Assembly: GCF_963921235.1 (NCBI RefSeq)
Contig: NC_086097.1
Coordinates: 164,240,001-164,304,000, forward strand
Source of the DNA: Mobula hypostoma
Lineage: Eukaryota
Reading direction: 5' to 3'
DNA length: 64,000 nucleotides
This document shows positions 61,972 through 64,000 of the stretch, piece after piece (position 1 is the stretch's first letter; every line of letters begins with the position of its first letter). The notes under the pieces were generated by a model. It searched no databases and was not told where the DNA came from. It saw only the letters and a list, made by a program, of their open reading frames with translations. A program made the translations under genes and the position numbers.

Positions 61972-63484
61972 TTTCTTTCTTTTTAAATCTTTTTATTGAG
62001 TAAGTATACAAAAAAGGTAAGCCATATAAACATTAATACAATGTTAAAGTATAATAAAATTCCAAAAGATAACAATACCAAAAAGAAAATACTACAAACA
62101 ATGTAATTTAAACATAAGAAACCAAGATAACATAATAGTATACTAGATTTTATATATATCAATGGAAAAAAAGAAAAAAAAAAAAAAAACCCCAAAAAAA
62201 AACCCACCGTGCAACTAACTAAAAGCAAAGCAAAGCAATGGGCTAACTTGAAACCAAACAGAGTTAAACTTAAAATCACGTCCTCAATCCCGACCTCCAT
62301 TAAAACAGTGAAGAGAAAACAAGAAGGGTAAATATTACATTAAATGAAAATATCGAATAAAAGGTCCCCAAATCTGTTCAAATTTAAATGAAGAATCATA
62401 AAGGTTACTTCTAATTTTCTCCAGATTCAAACATAAAATCGTCTGAGAAAACCAAAAAAAGGTAGTTGGAGCATTAAGCTCTTTCCAATGTTGTAAAATA
62501 CATCTTTTCGCCATTAAAGTAAGAAATGCAATCATTCTACGGGCTGAAGGGGAAAGATTACTAGAAATTTTAGGTAGTCCAAAGATAGCAGTAATAGGGT
62601 GAGGAGAGATATCTATATTTAATACCTTAGAAATAATATTGAAAATATCTCTCCAAAAAGTTTCCAAAGTAGGGCAAGACCAAAACATATGAGTTAAAGA
62701 GGCTATCTGCCCCGAACATCTATCACAGAAAGGATTAATATGCGAGTAAAAACGCGCTAACTTATCTTTGGACATATGTGCTCTATGAACCACTTTAAAT
62801 TGAATTAGGGAATGTTTAGCACAAATAGAGGAAGTATTAACTAATTGTAAAATCTGCCCCCAATCATCTACAGAAATGGTAAGCCCCAATTCCTGTTCCC
62901 AATCTACCCTAATCTTATCAAATGGAGCTTTCCTAAGTTTCATAATAATATTATAAATCATAGCCGATGCACCTTTCTGACATGGATTAAGGTTAATTAT
63001 CGAATCTAAAATATATATAGGAGGAAGCATTGGAAAGGAAGTAAGTATAGTACTTAGGAAATTTCTAACTTGTAAATATCTAAAAAAATGTATTCTTGAT
63101 AAGTTATATTTGTTAGATAATTGTTCAAAAGACATAAGGGAACCATCTAAAAATAAATCCAAAAACCGTAAAATACCCTTAGTCTTCCAAGTTTGAAAAG
63201 CGCGATCCGTAAAAGAGGGAGGAAAAAATATGTTACCTAAAATAGGAATCGCTAACCCGAATTGATTAAGATCAAAAAATTTTCTGAATTGAAACCAAAT
63301 GCGCAAAGCATATTTAACTATCGGGTTAGAGACCTGCTTAAGACGTTTCGAATCAAAAGGAAGAGAGGAACCTAAAATAGAACCAAGTGTATAACCCTGA
63401 ACAGATTGTAATTCCAATGCTACCCATTTAGGAATAAATAGTATGTCCCGATCAAGTAACCAAAATTTCATATGTCGAATATTA
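61972..63484 (-). mobile_element. Young L1-clade LINE, 3' part of ORF2 plus 3' UTR and A-rich tail
   Basis: Uninterrupted 378-aa ORF 63471-62335 with QFKVVHRAH..CDRC..LTHMFWSC (L1 C-terminal CCHC); AATAAA at 61997-61992; (gaaa)n tail. Confidence 0.92.
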
Positions 63485-64000
63485 CAGAAGTGTCTTAGAT
63501 TACAATGGTGAAGGCTGTGAATTGGTTGATTTTAACTTTTCTGTGCCCTATTTGGGCAGAAAAGTTTACTTTCGATTTCTTAATATGGCTACTAAACTTT
63601 CTTTTTAACTGCGTCATTTCTTTCTTTTCCCAGGGGATTCTGGGTGGTTACTTCCCTTTTGTCATCTTACGTATTTCCTGTGCGGCCTTAAATTTTGTAG
63701 TTTTTGTTTAAATTTTATTCTGTTTTGCTTTTTATAATCACTTTATGTTAATAATCCTATTTTTTTTTGTTGCTGTGTCTATTCATGAGTTTGAGGTTTA
63801 TTGTGGTTTTTTTTTAATATATATTTTCCGGCTTTTGTTCTGTTCTGTGTGTATTCTAATTGAGCTAACTTTTTTTTACTTATTTTTTTACTGTTTTACA
63901 ATTAGCTGATCCTTTTCATATTTATACCTTTTTTTTAGGGAGCGTATACCGGAAGTCATGGGGGTAGTTTTAGCGCTTGCTTCTTTCTGGCGGGTCTGCT
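63485..64000 (+). mobile_element. Probable inverted upstream (inter-ORF) segment of the same L1
   Basis: Abrupt switch from A-rich to T-rich + strand exactly where ORF2 breaks; composition matches the sense strand of this L1's 3' UTR. Confidence 0.45.

Noticed and set aside
61983..62300. 105-aa hydrophobic minus-strand ORF
   Set aside because: Translation of the T-rich L1 3' UTR

Overview
Vertebrate, repeat-rich genomic DNA. The repeat repertoire points to a cartilaginous fish, probably a ray (inferred, not proven). The only host coding sequence is three small + strand exons (88, 77 and 37 nt; 11644-11731, 22275-22351, 25402-25438) encoding the start of the D1 phosphatase domain of receptor tyrosine phosphatase mu (PTPRM). 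Everything else is intron, and the next expected exon was not found in the remaining ~38 kb. The introns are packed with transposons: many CR1 LINEs (two full-length, in opposite orientations on either side of the 77+37-nt exon pair), Rex1/Babar, L2, RTE, Tx1 and L1 LINEs, Penelope-like elements (PLEs) and their short palindromic derivatives carrying minimal hammerhead-ribozyme motifs, a non-autonomous hAT, several SINEs, and a young CsRn1/Kabuki-type Gypsy LTR element lacking reverse transcriptase. Best leads: (1) PLE-derived hairpin micro-elements with hammerhead motifs on opposing strands; (2) a ~2.9-kb inverted CR1 pair enclosing an in-frame 114-nt exon pair; (3) the Gypsy RT deletion patched in frame by 28 nt of PLE terminus; (4) an ORF1/5'UTR swap between CR1s with near-identical ORF2; (5) local-template capture inside a PLE insertion. 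All alignments were made by eye, and TE boundaries without a TSD are approximate.
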